Source: a virus. Taken from it: a DNA stretch of 64,000 bases. Each line of letters opens with the position of its first letter. The first letter of the stretch is position 1. The position numbers were made by a program, and so were the translations under genes. The stretch is from positions 1-64,000 of the IMG/VR virus record IMGVR_UViG_3300025407_000799; one strand, given 5' to 3'. The notes below the pieces were generated by a model, which was not told where the DNA came from, searched no databases, and was given only the letters and a program-made list of their open reading frames with translations. Shown in pieces: positions 34,971 to 43,858 of the stretch.

Positions 34971-35162
34971 ATGGCAAAACTAGCAAAACTAGCAAAAGTA
35001 AATGAATCGATCACTATCAATCGTTATGATAACGGCTATATGGTTGAAGTTGGAGGACGTGATGAAGAAGGCGAATGGAAAACCGCTAAGATTCTTTGTA
35101 ACTCTGAACAAGATATGCTCGATGTAGTTCAAGAGTGGACTACAATGGATTTGGACAACTAA
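34971..35162 (+). CDS. Hypothetical protein
   Basis: AGGAG RBS; 63 aa. Confidence 0.7.
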   Translation: MAKLAKLAKVNESITINRYDNGYMVEVGGRDEEGEWKTAKILCNSEQDMLDVVQEWTTMDLDN

Positions 35163-35172
35163 GGAGATATCT

Positions 35173-35676
35173 ATGGCTCAGTGGACTGTCAGTACATATT
35201 ATAAAAAATCTTGTCAAGAAGTTGAAACCTACAACCAACGTAACGGTGATGGTAAAGTTACTGTAGTGAATGGATTTCGCTATGGTGAGTGGACTGTAGA
35301 AACTACAGACGAGAATCCTCCAGAATTTGAGTTTGTAGAAGTGCCCGATGGTGATGGTCGTAAAGACAGCATCAATATGTTAGATTGTGAAATCAACAAT
35401 ATCGAAAGTGTTGAACTTGTTGAAATGTTTGACGGCGGTTGTTGGTATGATGTAGATGTTACAGGACTTGATGAAGAAGCTCAAGCAGAAATTGAAGATT
35501 TCCTTGAAGAAAATAGCCCTTACGAATTGGAAGAACGTGAAGACGATCCGTGGATGCAAGGCGACACTGAGTGGTGGATTTGGGGGCCAATTGAAATTAA
35601 AAACGAAAATGGCGACACTGTGCGTATTATCTGTGCAGATGCCGATGGCAATGTTATTGACTTTGTCGAGGAATAA
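35173..35676 (+). CDS. Highly acidic hypothetical protein
   Basis: AAGGAG RBS; Asp/Glu-rich throughout. Confidence 0.75.
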   Translation: MAQWTVSTYYKKSCQEVETYNQRNGDGKVTVVNGFRYGEWTVETTDENPPEFEFVEVPDGDGRKDSINMLDCEINNIESVELVEMFDGGCWYDVDVTGLDEEAQAEIEDFLEENSPYELEEREDDPWMQGDTEWWIWGPIEIKNENGDTVRIICADADGNVIDFVEE

Positions 35677-35679
35677 ATA
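35673..35679 (+). promoter_or_regulatory. T4-like late promoter followed by a stem-loop leader
   Basis: ATAAATA; TATTAC/GTAATA and CGGGT/GCCCG stems over 35684-35716, before AAGGAG. Confidence 0.5.
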
Positions 35680-35730
35680 CGTATATTACTCGGGTGCCGT
35701 CAGGGCCCGTGTAATACTAAGGAGAAAAAT

Positions 35731-36210
35731 ATGACAGAAATACACGCCAAGCCTATTGTGGATGGTAAGTTTTGGATCGTAGAGCAAGATGGCGCTAAGA
35801 TTGCAACACTACATAAAAAAGAAAATAACAAGTTTGTACTATCAAGTACTAACGGTGAACTAATGTTTAATAAGAAACAAGATCTTACAAAACAGTTCGG
35901 AGAAGGGTTTTTCTTATCAAGTACTAAAGTTAAAGTTACACAAGCAGATCCTAATGAATGCCACGGATTTCCTACTAGTGTAAACCCATACAATGCTATG
36001 TATGATGTACAACGTAAATTACCGTTGTTTACAAAGAGTAATGCTAGTAAGAGTTTGTACTGTGCAGGTTACTACACTATTAAATTTAATAAAGGTTGGG
36101 TTAAAAGTTTTTGCCCTAAAGCAATTACCATAGAACGTAACCCGTTTAAAGGTCCTTTTAAAACAGAATTTGAAATGAAACAGGTATTGAGCAATGTCAA
36201 ATCAGATTAA
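35731..36210 (+). CDS. Conserved phage protein
   Basis: AAGGAG RBS; LPLFTKS..SKSLYCAGYY...SFCPK...GPFKT. Confidence 0.8.
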   Translation: MTEIHAKPIVDGKFWIVEQDGAKIATLHKKENNKFVLSSTNGELMFNKKQDLTKQFGEGFFLSSTKVKVTQADPNECHGFPTSVNPYNAMYDVQRKLPLFTKSNASKSLYCAGYYTIKFNKGWVKSFCPKAITIERNPFKGPFKTEFEMKQVLSNVKSD

Positions 36211-36439
36211 TTTAACCCCTATTACACAATTTGCACAATCGTTACGTGCTGCAGAATTAAGCCAAAGTAAAGAAGTTAAATTAACTATTCAACAGGCTAG
36301 ATTGTTAAATTTAGCCCTTACTGAATTGTTAGACAAGGTTTCTCAAGATTATGAAACCTTGTTTAACTCACTTAAAAATAATCCATCTACAGAAGTTATT
36401 ACTGTTAGTATGGACGGTGGAGGTTTTAGTAACAAATAA
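36194..36439 (+). CDS. Hypothetical protein
   Basis: Coupled ORF ending MDGGGF. Confidence 0.7.
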   Translation: MSNQINLTPITQFAQSLRAAELSQSKEVKLTIQQARLLNLALTELLDKVSQDYETLFNSLKNNPSTEVITVSMDGGGFSNK

Positions 36440-36441
36440 GA

Positions 36442-36448
36442 CTAAATA
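36442..36448 (+). promoter_or_regulatory. T4-like late promoter
   Basis: CTAAATA in a short intergenic gap. Confidence 0.5.
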
Positions 36449-36476
36449 TATGCGTACATAATTGGATACGCATATC

Positions 36477-36761
36477 ATGAGTCGACCTAAGCCAAAAGTA
36501 TTATTAGAACATACTAATAAAAGAACTTATAAATCTGAACAGATTTTAGAAGCCGAAGCCATCTGGGCTGTATTTTACAAAAACGAGCCTTTTAATCTAA
36601 AGTCGTTTAATAGTCTTACCAGCTATCCTGGACCAAAATACAAAAAAGTTTCTTTCTCAAATCCTGGCCATGCACATAATTTGGCAAAGAAATTGAATCT
36701 TACATTTGGAACTGAAGATTTCCAAGTTGTCATGTTAACTCAAGGTACTATTGTAAAATGA
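36477..36761 (+). CDS. Conserved basic phage protein
   Basis: MSRPKPKVLL...GPKYKKVSFSNPGHA.NLAKKLN. Confidence 0.75.
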   Translation: MSRPKPKVLLEHTNKRTYKSEQILEAEAIWAVFYKNEPFNLKSFNSLTSYPGPKYKKVSFSNPGHAHNLAKKLNLTFGTEDFQVVMLTQGTIVK

Positions 36762-37165
36762 TATCGAGAGATGCTTTGACTAAAATATTCTTACAACAAT
36801 GGGGTAAGAGTATGGACGAAGCAAACACCAAACTATTTTCTCGTAAATGGTGGCAAAGTACTCGTGCTGGAAAGCAAAACAATTTCAGACTGAGTGATGA
36901 AGGTTATGAATTTTTGGTAAAAGAATTGGACCTTAAAGAATACGAAATTCCATTTACCGAACCAATTGAACTTAGTCCTCAAACATTAATCTTTTTGGAA
37001 AGATATATCGATTGTCCGTACTATCTTACTCCAATGTCAATTACTGTCTTTTCAGAACGCAAGGGTTTTGAACTAATGTTGTTTTCAGACGACATCAGAA
37101 AATTTGGCATTATTAAAGCTATGAATGAGCGAGAAAAAGAACTCGCTAATGAAAAAAACAGTTGA
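36758..37165 (+). CDS. Hypothetical protein
   Basis: Coupled ORF; FRLSDEGY...CPYY. Confidence 0.75.
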   Translation: MISRDALTKIFLQQWGKSMDEANTKLFSRKWWQSTRAGKQNNFRLSDEGYEFLVKELDLKEYEIPFTEPIELSPQTLIFLERYIDCPYYLTPMSITVFSERKGFELMLFSDDIRKFGIIKAMNEREKELANEKNS

Positions 37166-37190
37166 CATACCTTTGGGTTTCCTATACAAT
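37162..37190 (+). promoter_or_regulatory. Sigma70-type promoter
   Basis: TTGACA, 17-nt spacer, TACAAT. Confidence 0.8.
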
Positions 37191-37244
37191 ACATACATCA
37201 ACAGCGTTACTTCGTAACAATTTTAACTTAGTATAGGAACTAAA

Positions 37245-38333
37245 ATGCCAGAAATCAGTAGCCGTACAGTGGGCCCAAGCGGTGCTAAAAAGTCTTTGCG
37301 TAAGGCTTTTCAAAATAAACGTCCAATTTTCCTTTGGGGTCCTCCAGGAATTGGAAAATCGGATATTATCAAACAACTTGGTGTTGAGACTGATTCTCAC
37401 GTAATCGATGTTCGTTTGAGCCTTTGGGAACCTACTGACATTAAAGGTATTCCATACTTTGATTCCAACGATAATACAATGCGTTGGGCACCTCCATCGG
37501 AATTGCCAAGTGCAGAAATGGCAAAAGAACACAAGAACATTATCTTGTTCTTGGATGAAATGAACTCTGCCGCTCCTAGCGTACAAGCGGCGGCTTATCA
37601 ATTGATTTTGAATCGTCGTGTTGGTACATATCACTTGCCAGATAATGTTGTACTAGTTGCGGCAGGTAATCGTGAAACTGACAAGGGTGTTACATTCCGT
37701 ATGCCTGCTCCATTGGCTAACCGTTTTGTTCACTTGGAAATGACTGTTAACTGGGATGACTACTTTGAGTGGGCTGTTGAAAACAAAATCCATAAAGACG
37801 TAGTTGGCTTCTTGAGCTTTTCTAAAAAGAGCTTGTACGACTTTGATCCAAAGTCTAGCTCACGTGCGTTTGCTACTCCACGTTCTTGGAGCTTTGTAAG
37901 CGAATTGCTAACAGATGACGATGTCGATGTAGATACACTTACAGACTTGGTATCAGGTTCTGTAGGCGAAGGTCTTGCAATCAGCTTTATGGCTCACCGT
38001 AAAGTTGCAGGTAAAATGCCTAACCCAACTGATATTTTGTCAGGTAAAGTTAAAAAGATGGATTCCAAAGAAATCTCAGCTATGTATTCTTTAACTGTGT
38101 CATTGTGCTACGAGTTGAAAGATGCTTGCGAGAAAAATGCTAAAAACTGGAATGATATGACTAATAACTTTTTCGAATTTATGATGAATAACTTTGAAAC
38201 TGAATTGGTTATTATGGGTACAAAATTGGCGTTGAGTACTTACAAGTTGCCGTTGGATCCGGACGAAATCAAATGCTTTGACGATTTCCATGCCAAATAC
38301 GGCAAGTATATTAGCCAAGCTACTGAAAAGTAA
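37245..38333 (+). CDS. MoxR/dynein-related AAA+ ATPase
   Basis: GPPGIGKS, LFLDEMN, AAGNR, PLANRF, TPRSW. Confidence 0.9.
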   Translation: MPEISSRTVGPSGAKKSLRKAFQNKRPIFLWGPPGIGKSDIIKQLGVETDSHVIDVRLSLWEPTDIKGIPYFDSNDNTMRWAPPSELPSAEMAKEHKNIILFLDEMNSAAPSVQAAAYQLILNRRVGTYHLPDNVVLVAAGNRETDKGVTFRMPAPLANRFVHLEMTVNWDDYFEWAVENKIHKDVVGFLSFSKKSLYDFDPKSSSRAFATPRSWSFVSELLTDDDVDVDTLTDLVSGSVGEGLAISFMAHRKVAGKMPNPTDILSGKVKKMDSKEISAMYSLTVSLCYELKDACEKNAKNWNDMTNNFFEFMMNNFETELVIMGTKLALSTYKLPLDPDEIKCFDDFHAKYGKYISQATEK

Positions 38334-38349
38334 TTCGGTATAGTCTTAT

Positions 38350-38378
38350 TTGACAGGACCTTAGGGTCCTGTTATAAT
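38350..38378 (+). promoter_or_regulatory. Consensus sigma70 promoter with palindromic spacer
   Basis: TTGACA, 17-nt spacer, TATAAT; ACAGGACC-TTAG-GGTCCTGT at 38353-38372. Confidence 0.85.
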
Positions 38379-38402
38379 ATATACATATAGTAAAGGAGTA
38401 TC

Positions 38403-39587
38403 ATGTCACATACAGATCCAATTATCGACAAAATTATCGTAGCCCGTGTGGGTCTATTACTTCGCCATCCATTCTTTGGTAATCTTGCAACACGTTTGAA
38501 AATTGAAGAAGGCTCCGAGTGGATGGGTACTGCCGCTACAGACGGACGTACTATCTATTTTAATCGTGAATTTTTTGAACCACTTTCGGTCAAACAAGTT
38601 GAGTTCGTTATTGCTCACGAAATTCTACACAATGTATTTGATCACATGGGTCGACGCGAAGGTCGTAATCCACGTATCTTTAACATTGCCGCTGACTATT
38701 GTGTTAACGGACAATTAGTTCGTGACCGTATCGGCGAGCACAATATTGAAGGTATTAAAATCTTCCATGATTCAAAATACTACGGCATGGGTGCTGAAGA
38801 AGTTTACGATAAAATCTTCGACGAAATGGACGAGGAAGAATTGAATGCCCTTGGACAATTATTGGATGACCACATCGACTGGGGCGAGAATGGTAAAGAT
38901 GGTCAACCAAAGTATTCTAAAGAAGAATTAAAACAGATTCGTGACGAAGTTCGTGAAGCTACTATGCAAGCCGCACAAGCCGCAGGTGCTGGCAACACTC
39001 CTGCTAGTGTACAACGCATGATCAAAGAACTTACAGAGCCTAAGATGAATTGGCGTGAAATACTACGTCAACAAATCCAAAGCACTATTAAGAATGACTA
39101 TTCATTTATGCGTCCCAACCGCAAGGGCTGGCACATGAGTGCTGTATTGCCTGGAACACAATTTCAAGAAACAATTGATATTTGTGTAAGTATTGACATG
39201 TCAGGTTCTATTGGTGACGAACAAGCTAAAGATTTCTTAAGTGAAATCAAAGGCATTATGGAAGAATATAAAGACTTTAAAATTAAAGTATGGTGCTTTG
39301 ATACTAAAGTCTACAACGAAGCCGACTTTGATGGTTATAATATCGATGAGTTTGATAACTACGAGCCAATGGGCGGTGGCGGAACTGAGTTTGATGCCAA
39401 CTGGGAATACATGAAGGAACACGATATTCAACCTAAAAAGTTTATTATGTTTACTGATGGTTATCCTTGGGGTAGTTGGGGTGATGAAGATTATTGTGAT
39501 ACAATTTTTATCATCCACGGTAATAACACTATTGTTCCACCGTTTGGAGAATATGCCTATTACGAAGCTGTTAAAGAGGCAGCGTAA
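38403..39587 (+). CDS. Metallopeptidase-like (HExxH) + VWA domain protein (DUF2201-like), partner of the AAA ATPase
   Basis: TAATDG, AHEILH, NIAADY; MIDAS motifs DMSGS, GGGTEF, FTDG. Confidence 0.88.
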   Translation: MSHTDPIIDKIIVARVGLLLRHPFFGNLATRLKIEEGSEWMGTAATDGRTIYFNREFFEPLSVKQVEFVIAHEILHNVFDHMGRREGRNPRIFNIAADYCVNGQLVRDRIGEHNIEGIKIFHDSKYYGMGAEEVYDKIFDEMDEEELNALGQLLDDHIDWGENGKDGQPKYSKEELKQIRDEVREATMQAAQAAGAGNTPASVQRMIKELTEPKMNWREILRQQIQSTIKNDYSFMRPNRKGWHMSAVLPGTQFQETIDICVSIDMSGSIGDEQAKDFLSEIKGIMEEYKDFKIKVWCFDTKVYNEADFDGYNIDEFDNYEPMGGGGTEFDANWEYMKEHDIQPKKFIMFTDGYPWGSWGDEDYCDTIFIIHGNNTIVPPFGEYAYYEAVKEAA

Positions 39588-39874
39588 TGGCATTAAAAAA
39601 TGGCAAACCTAATCCTTTAGATTATTTCAATTTACGGAGGGTTGAGTTTGCCTGCCCTCATTTTAAATACACTTCAATAGACAGGTATAATCCAACTTTA
39701 GTCAAATCTATCGACTCATGGATACGTAAGAATCTAAATAATAGGTACTATGTGGGTCAAGGCATAACACTAGATAATACCAATACGATTGTGTATAATA
39801 CACGTATTGGTTTTGAAAGTGAAAAAGAACTCAGTTTTTTCACAATTGCCTGCCCGCATCTTCAAACTAGATAA
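39587..39874 (+). CDS. Hypothetical protein
   Basis: Coupled ORF; W...NL..RYY...IGFE...ELSFF. Confidence 0.75.
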   Translation: MALKNGKPNPLDYFNLRRVEFACPHFKYTSIDRYNPTLVKSIDSWIRKNLNNRYYVGQGITLDNTNTIVYNTRIGFESEKELSFFTIACPHLQTR

Positions 39875-39908
39875 TTAAAATAGTACTTTACCATAAAGGA
39901 GATAATAC

Positions 39909-40187
39909 ATGTCTGACGTACAATCTACACCAGAAGCGCAACAAGGCGCTACCGAACTTACTATCAATGATTTAAATGCACTTAAAGTAATCATCGATAT
40001 TGCTAGCTCACGCGGAGCATTTAAACCAAATGAAATGGTAGCTGTTGGCCAAACTTATACTAAGTTGACAACATTTTTAGATGCAGTTGCAGCTCAACAA
40101 GCAGCTCAGCAACCAGCACCAGCCCCAGCGGCACCACAACAACCAGCAACAGCAGGTACAGTCGCTAGTGCATTAGCAGGAGCATAA
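39909..40187 (+). CDS. Conserved phage protein
   Basis: AAGGAG RBS; LTINDL...IIDIASSRGAFK..E...VG..Y.KL..FL. Confidence 0.8.
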   Translation: MSDVQSTPEAQQGATELTINDLNALKVIIDIASSRGAFKPNEMVAVGQTYTKLTTFLDAVAAQQAAQQPAPAPAAPQQPATAGTVASALAGA

Positions 40188-40188
40188 T

Positions 40189-40794
40189 ATGGCCGAAATT
40201 AAACACGTCGGCCGTGTTAAAGCTACTAACAAAAAATGTTTAGTAGCTTATCGCACATTGCCCGGCGATGCATACCATTGCCTAATTGTTCCAACAGAGA
40301 ACATGCCCGATATCTATCATGATGCAATTATTAACTTGGTAGAAAGTTCAGCTGGACAGGAATCCTACGAACTTGCTCAAGCAATGGATCGTACACAATT
40401 CCCGGACGGTTCACGTATGTTGCCATGGTTACATGCAAATAATCGATTGATTAAAGCACCAACAGGCGCTATTGAAATGACACCTACTCTACAGACTAGT
40501 ATTTTGTTGAGTGAGTTGAATCAAATTATTGCCGAACAACGCGGTGTGCCAATCGACGAACTTGCTCTTACAGAAAGTACGAATGATAAACCAGTTGAAA
40601 AGAAACCAGAGCTGGCAATTGAACAAGCTCCTGAAAAAGTTTCAGCAACTGTCAAAACCGCACTCGTACCAGATGAACCAGAAGCCAAAGCAAAATACTA
40701 TCGTAGTCAAGCAGATAAGTTAGCAAAAGAAGCTGCTAATTTTAGACGCCTAGCAGAGGAATTGGTTCCTACCAAGAAAAAAGCCACTAAATGA
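40189..40794 (+). CDS. Hypothetical protein
   Basis: AGGAG RBS; 201 aa with coiled C-terminus. Confidence 0.8.
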   Translation: MAEIKHVGRVKATNKKCLVAYRTLPGDAYHCLIVPTENMPDIYHDAIINLVESSAGQESYELAQAMDRTQFPDGSRMLPWLHANNRLIKAPTGAIEMTPTLQTSILLSELNQIIAEQRGVPIDELALTESTNDKPVEKKPELAIEQAPEKVSATVKTALVPDEPEAKAKYYRSQADKLAKEAANFRRLAEELVPTKKKATK

Positions 40795-41111
40795 CACCAA
40801 CGGGAAGAGTTCTTCCCAAGGATGTCATAGAGCATTGGCCAGAAGTATTCGGTGAAGTACAACTGAATGTGATACCTCTCAGGTATTTGCATACGGTATT
40901 GGTCAATTTTAAAAATGGCAAAATTTGGGAAATAAAAATAACAGCACAAACTAAACGTGATGGTTGGAGTGCCTTTGAAAAGAATCTCTCAGATATTTGT
41001 AAAAATTATGAAGATTCTATTGATAATGTAGACTTTAAATTAGATACAAAATTAGTTAAAAAAGACATCGAACGTAGTACGCAAAAGTTTTTAAAGAAAA
41101 AAAAGCTATAA
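40791..41111 (+). CDS. Hypothetical protein
   Basis: ATGA coupling. Confidence 0.75.
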   Translation: MTPTGRVLPKDVIEHWPEVFGEVQLNVIPLRYLHTVLVNFKNGKIWEIKITAQTKRDGWSAFEKNLSDICKNYEDSIDNVDFKLDTKLVKKDIERSTQKFLKKKKL

Positions 41112-41115
41112 ATAT

Positions 41116-41799
41116 ATGAATGTTAGACTGCTTAGTTTCAGCCAGCCAACCGAAGAATTTGCAAGCATGGGAATTGATGACGCCCAAGAGCTCATTGCCT
41201 ATTGCGCCCGTGTATCCAATCCCTCCAATCAGCTCAACACTTCCACGTCGGAAAAACTCATACAATACCTCGTCAAACACAAGCACTGGAGCCCACTTGA
41301 AATGGTCTCAGCTTGCATTGAAATCACAACCACTAGAGATATTGCCCGACAAATCCTTAGACACAGAAGTTTCAGCTTCCAAGAGTTCAGTCAGCGATAT
41401 GCTGACCCTACTCGAGACTTGTCGTTTGTACGTAGAGATGCTAGAAAGCAAGACACAAAAAATAGACAAAACAGTATAGAACTAGATGTTCATAATAACG
41501 ACGAAGATCGTTTTTTAGCCTATCAATGGGAACGTATGCAAGAGTTAGTTATTAAACAAAGCCGCGATGCATATGAATGGGCTATTAGCAAAGGCATTGC
41601 CAAAGAACAAGCTCGTGCTGTATTACCCGAAGGGTTGATTGAAAGCCGGTTGTATATGAACGGTACACTACGCAGTTGGATTCATTTTATCGATTTACGT
41701 AGTGCAAATGGTACACAAAAAGAACATCAAGAAGTTGCTATTGCATGTGCCAAAGTCATTAGCGAAATATTTCCAATGTTTAATTCTATTAAAGAATAA
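41116..41799 (+). CDS. thyX: Flavin-dependent thymidylate synthase
   Basis: ThyX motif RHRSFSFQEFSQRY; HWSPLE; AKEQARAVLP; TQKEH. Confidence 0.95.
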   Translation: MNVRLLSFSQPTEEFASMGIDDAQELIAYCARVSNPSNQLNTSTSEKLIQYLVKHKHWSPLEMVSACIEITTTRDIARQILRHRSFSFQEFSQRYADPTRDLSFVRRDARKQDTKNRQNSIELDVHNNDEDRFLAYQWERMQELVIKQSRDAYEWAISKGIAKEQARAVLPEGLIESRLYMNGTLRSWIHFIDLRSANGTQKEHQEVAIACAKVISEIFPMFNSIKE

Positions 41800-43168
41800 C
41801 ACACTCAACTAATTTAACTCCCGCATCGGAATTACTTTCTAATGCCATAGCAAATACATCTGGGTCAGGTTGAGCTACAGCTTTACCCCATCCAGAACCG
41901 TAAGGTTTAACTCTAGAGCCTTTGGTAATTGCACCGTAAATCTTAACAGGAACACGACCTTTTAACGCAACATAAGTTCCGCCTTCGAGATCGTCATTCA
42001 TCTTAATACCAGGATTGCCACTAACTACTCCGATTGCCTTATCGTCTTTTCCGCAAGAAGTAATTTCTTTTTCTCCGCCTACTGTTACTACAGTACCAAC
42101 TTCATATTCATTATCAGCAAGATATTTTTCTGCTAAGTCAGCACTTTGAATACTAGTATTTGAAGCATGAATAGCACGGAATCTAGCACTAGTAGATCCA
42201 ATGTCTGTAAGATCGGCAGCACCTGGATAAACTATATTGCCTAACAGTTGTAGAGTAATAATTTTTGCAGCACCAGATGTAGTTCTAAATACAATAGGAA
42301 TACCATCAATGTTACTTGTGATAACAGGAGTTGTTTGTGGTTGACCAGTACCAAATGTATACTGTGGATTTGTAATAGATAAACTAGTGCCTAAATTAAT
42401 TCCAGAATCTGAGAAAGTTACAAGATTTGAAAATGTACTAGGAATATCACCGCGTACATAATTGCTAGAACTTATTTCGCCTAATGCATCAGAATTTGTT
42501 GCTGTTCCCCAGAATTTATAACCAGTACTACTCCATACACCGTTAGTTTGTGTTGTAGAATTTAATGTAATACCTTGTTTAACATCTGTAAAACCAGAAG
42601 TTACACTAGTGATAGTGTTTAATGTAAAGTTTGCATTGCTAACTGTGAAAATTACGTTAGATCCATCGATGACAGATTCAATTACATTATGAGAAGTATT
42701 TGAACCTTGCTCCTGTAAACTCTTAATAGAAAACTGTGTTGTTCCACTGTTGGTACTAGTAGTGAATGGTCCAATCGGTGTAAAAGAATTTACAGGATCT
42801 CCGTTATAAACATTCAATTGTTTATTAGTAGTATCAAACCAAAAATCACCAATACTCAATCCACTAGGTGGTTGATTAAATGGTGTAGATTCTGCACTAC
42901 CTGCTGTACGGAATCTGCTACCATCATAAAATCTTAATTTATTTTTAGTAGTATCAAACCAAATTTGACCAGCTAATGGGTTAGTTGGTTGAGTTCCATT
43001 TGCAAAATTTTCTAGCAAATAGATAAAATTTTCATTTTGTGCTTGGCCGTAACCTGCGTAGTTCTTACCGATTAAAGTAATATCAAGTGAATTATCAATG
43101 GTGCCCGGAGCTACAGTTAGCCCGTTTCCGATTGGTTTTCCATTGTAATGATTTATTGTGTATGACAT
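41789..43168 (-). CDS. Tail fibre/spike with shared N-terminal module and C-terminal intramolecular-chaperone-like domain
   Basis: DITLIGKNYAGYG...LLENFA...GQIWFD; C-terminal ADLAEKY...IGVVS..P...VALKGRVPVK. Confidence 0.8.
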   Translation of the reverse strand: MSYTINHYNGKPIGNGLTVAPGTIDNSLDITLIGKNYAGYGQAQNENFIYLLENFANGTQPTNPLAGQIWFDTTKNKLRFYDGSRFRTAGSAESTPFNQPPSGLSIGDFWFDTTNKQLNVYNGDPVNSFTPIGPFTTSTNSGTTQFSIKSLQEQGSNTSHNVIESVIDGSNVIFTVSNANFTLNTITSVTSGFTDVKQGITLNSTTQTNGVWSSTGYKFWGTATNSDALGEISSSNYVRGDIPSTFSNLVTFSDSGINLGTSLSITNPQYTFGTGQPQTTPVITSNIDGIPIVFRTTSGAAKIITLQLLGNIVYPGAADLTDIGSTSARFRAIHASNTSIQSADLAEKYLADNEYEVGTVVTVGGEKEITSCGKDDKAIGVVSGNPGIKMNDDLEGGTYVALKGRVPVKIYGAITKGSRVKPYGSGWGKAVAQPDPDVFAMALESNSDAGVKLVECVIL

Positions 43169-43189
43169 TCTGATCTTTCCTTATTCTAG

Positions 43190-43197
43190 TATTTATT
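43190..43197 (-). promoter_or_regulatory. T4-like late promoter
   Basis: AATAAATA on the minus strand upstream of AAGGA and ATG 43168. Confidence 0.55.
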
Positions 43198-43858
43198 TAG
43201 GCTGTGATTCTACCCAAGTGCTGAATGCTGCTAACTGATCTGCATCGTAGCCGTATAACTCTGGATATAAACTAAGCCATACTGACGAAAGCTCAGGTAC
43301 AAGAGCTTTAAATCTGATAGTTGCTCTACCCGTTTTTTCAAGTTTAAATGTTGTAGGAGCACCATTTGTTGTTTTAGTCTTATAAGCATCAGTTGCAGCA
43401 CCATTGATACTCATAGGAAAATCTAATTTTTGTAAATTTTTAATTTCAATTTGTGTAATATCGTTCCAAACTTTTCCGTCTTGATCGACAACACTTGGTA
43501 CTAATGTTACAGTATTATCAACACCTACTATAGCATTTTTCTTATTATCTAAGTAAGTGTTAGGGCCAAACTCTACCATCATTTTTCTAACTTTTAGTGT
43601 ATTATCTGGCATCCAAAAAGATAAATGACTAGGATTTAAAATACTTTCAGCTATTGCATCGTGCATTTCTTTAGTCATAGTTCCAATATAGTGATTTTCA
43701 ATACTTCTATCATTATGAACAATATCTGCAAATGGTGCTAGTGCTCCGTACAATCCTATGATTAGTCGTGTTACTGTTGAAAAACTTACTGAATAAGTTT
43801 TATCTGCTGTCCATCCTGTTGATACTGTTGTTAATCCTGCATCAGGTGCCGTTGTCAT
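43193..43858 (-). CDS. Hypothetical protein (possible tail-fibre accessory)
   Basis: 221-aa ORF coupled to the U32-like gene within the fibre block. Confidence 0.7.
   Translation of the reverse strand: MTTAPDAGLTTVSTGWTADKTYSVSFSTVTRLIIGLYGALAPFADIVHNDRSIENHYIGTMTKEMHDAIAESILNPSHLSFWMPDNTLKVRKMMVEFGPNTYLDNKKNAIVGVDNTVTLVPSVVDQDGKVWNDITQIEIKNLQKLDFPMSINGAATDAYKTKTTNGAPTTFKLEKTGRATIRFKALVPELSSVWLSLYPELYGYDADQLAAFSTWVESQPK

Noticed and set aside
34971-35000. 9-nt repeat encoding MAKLAKLAK
   Set aside because: A short in-frame duplication with no evidence of function.
41107-41114. Perfect TATAAATA before thyX
   Set aside because: It overlaps the upstream stop codon and ends one base before the ATG, too close to transcribe that start; may be coincidental.
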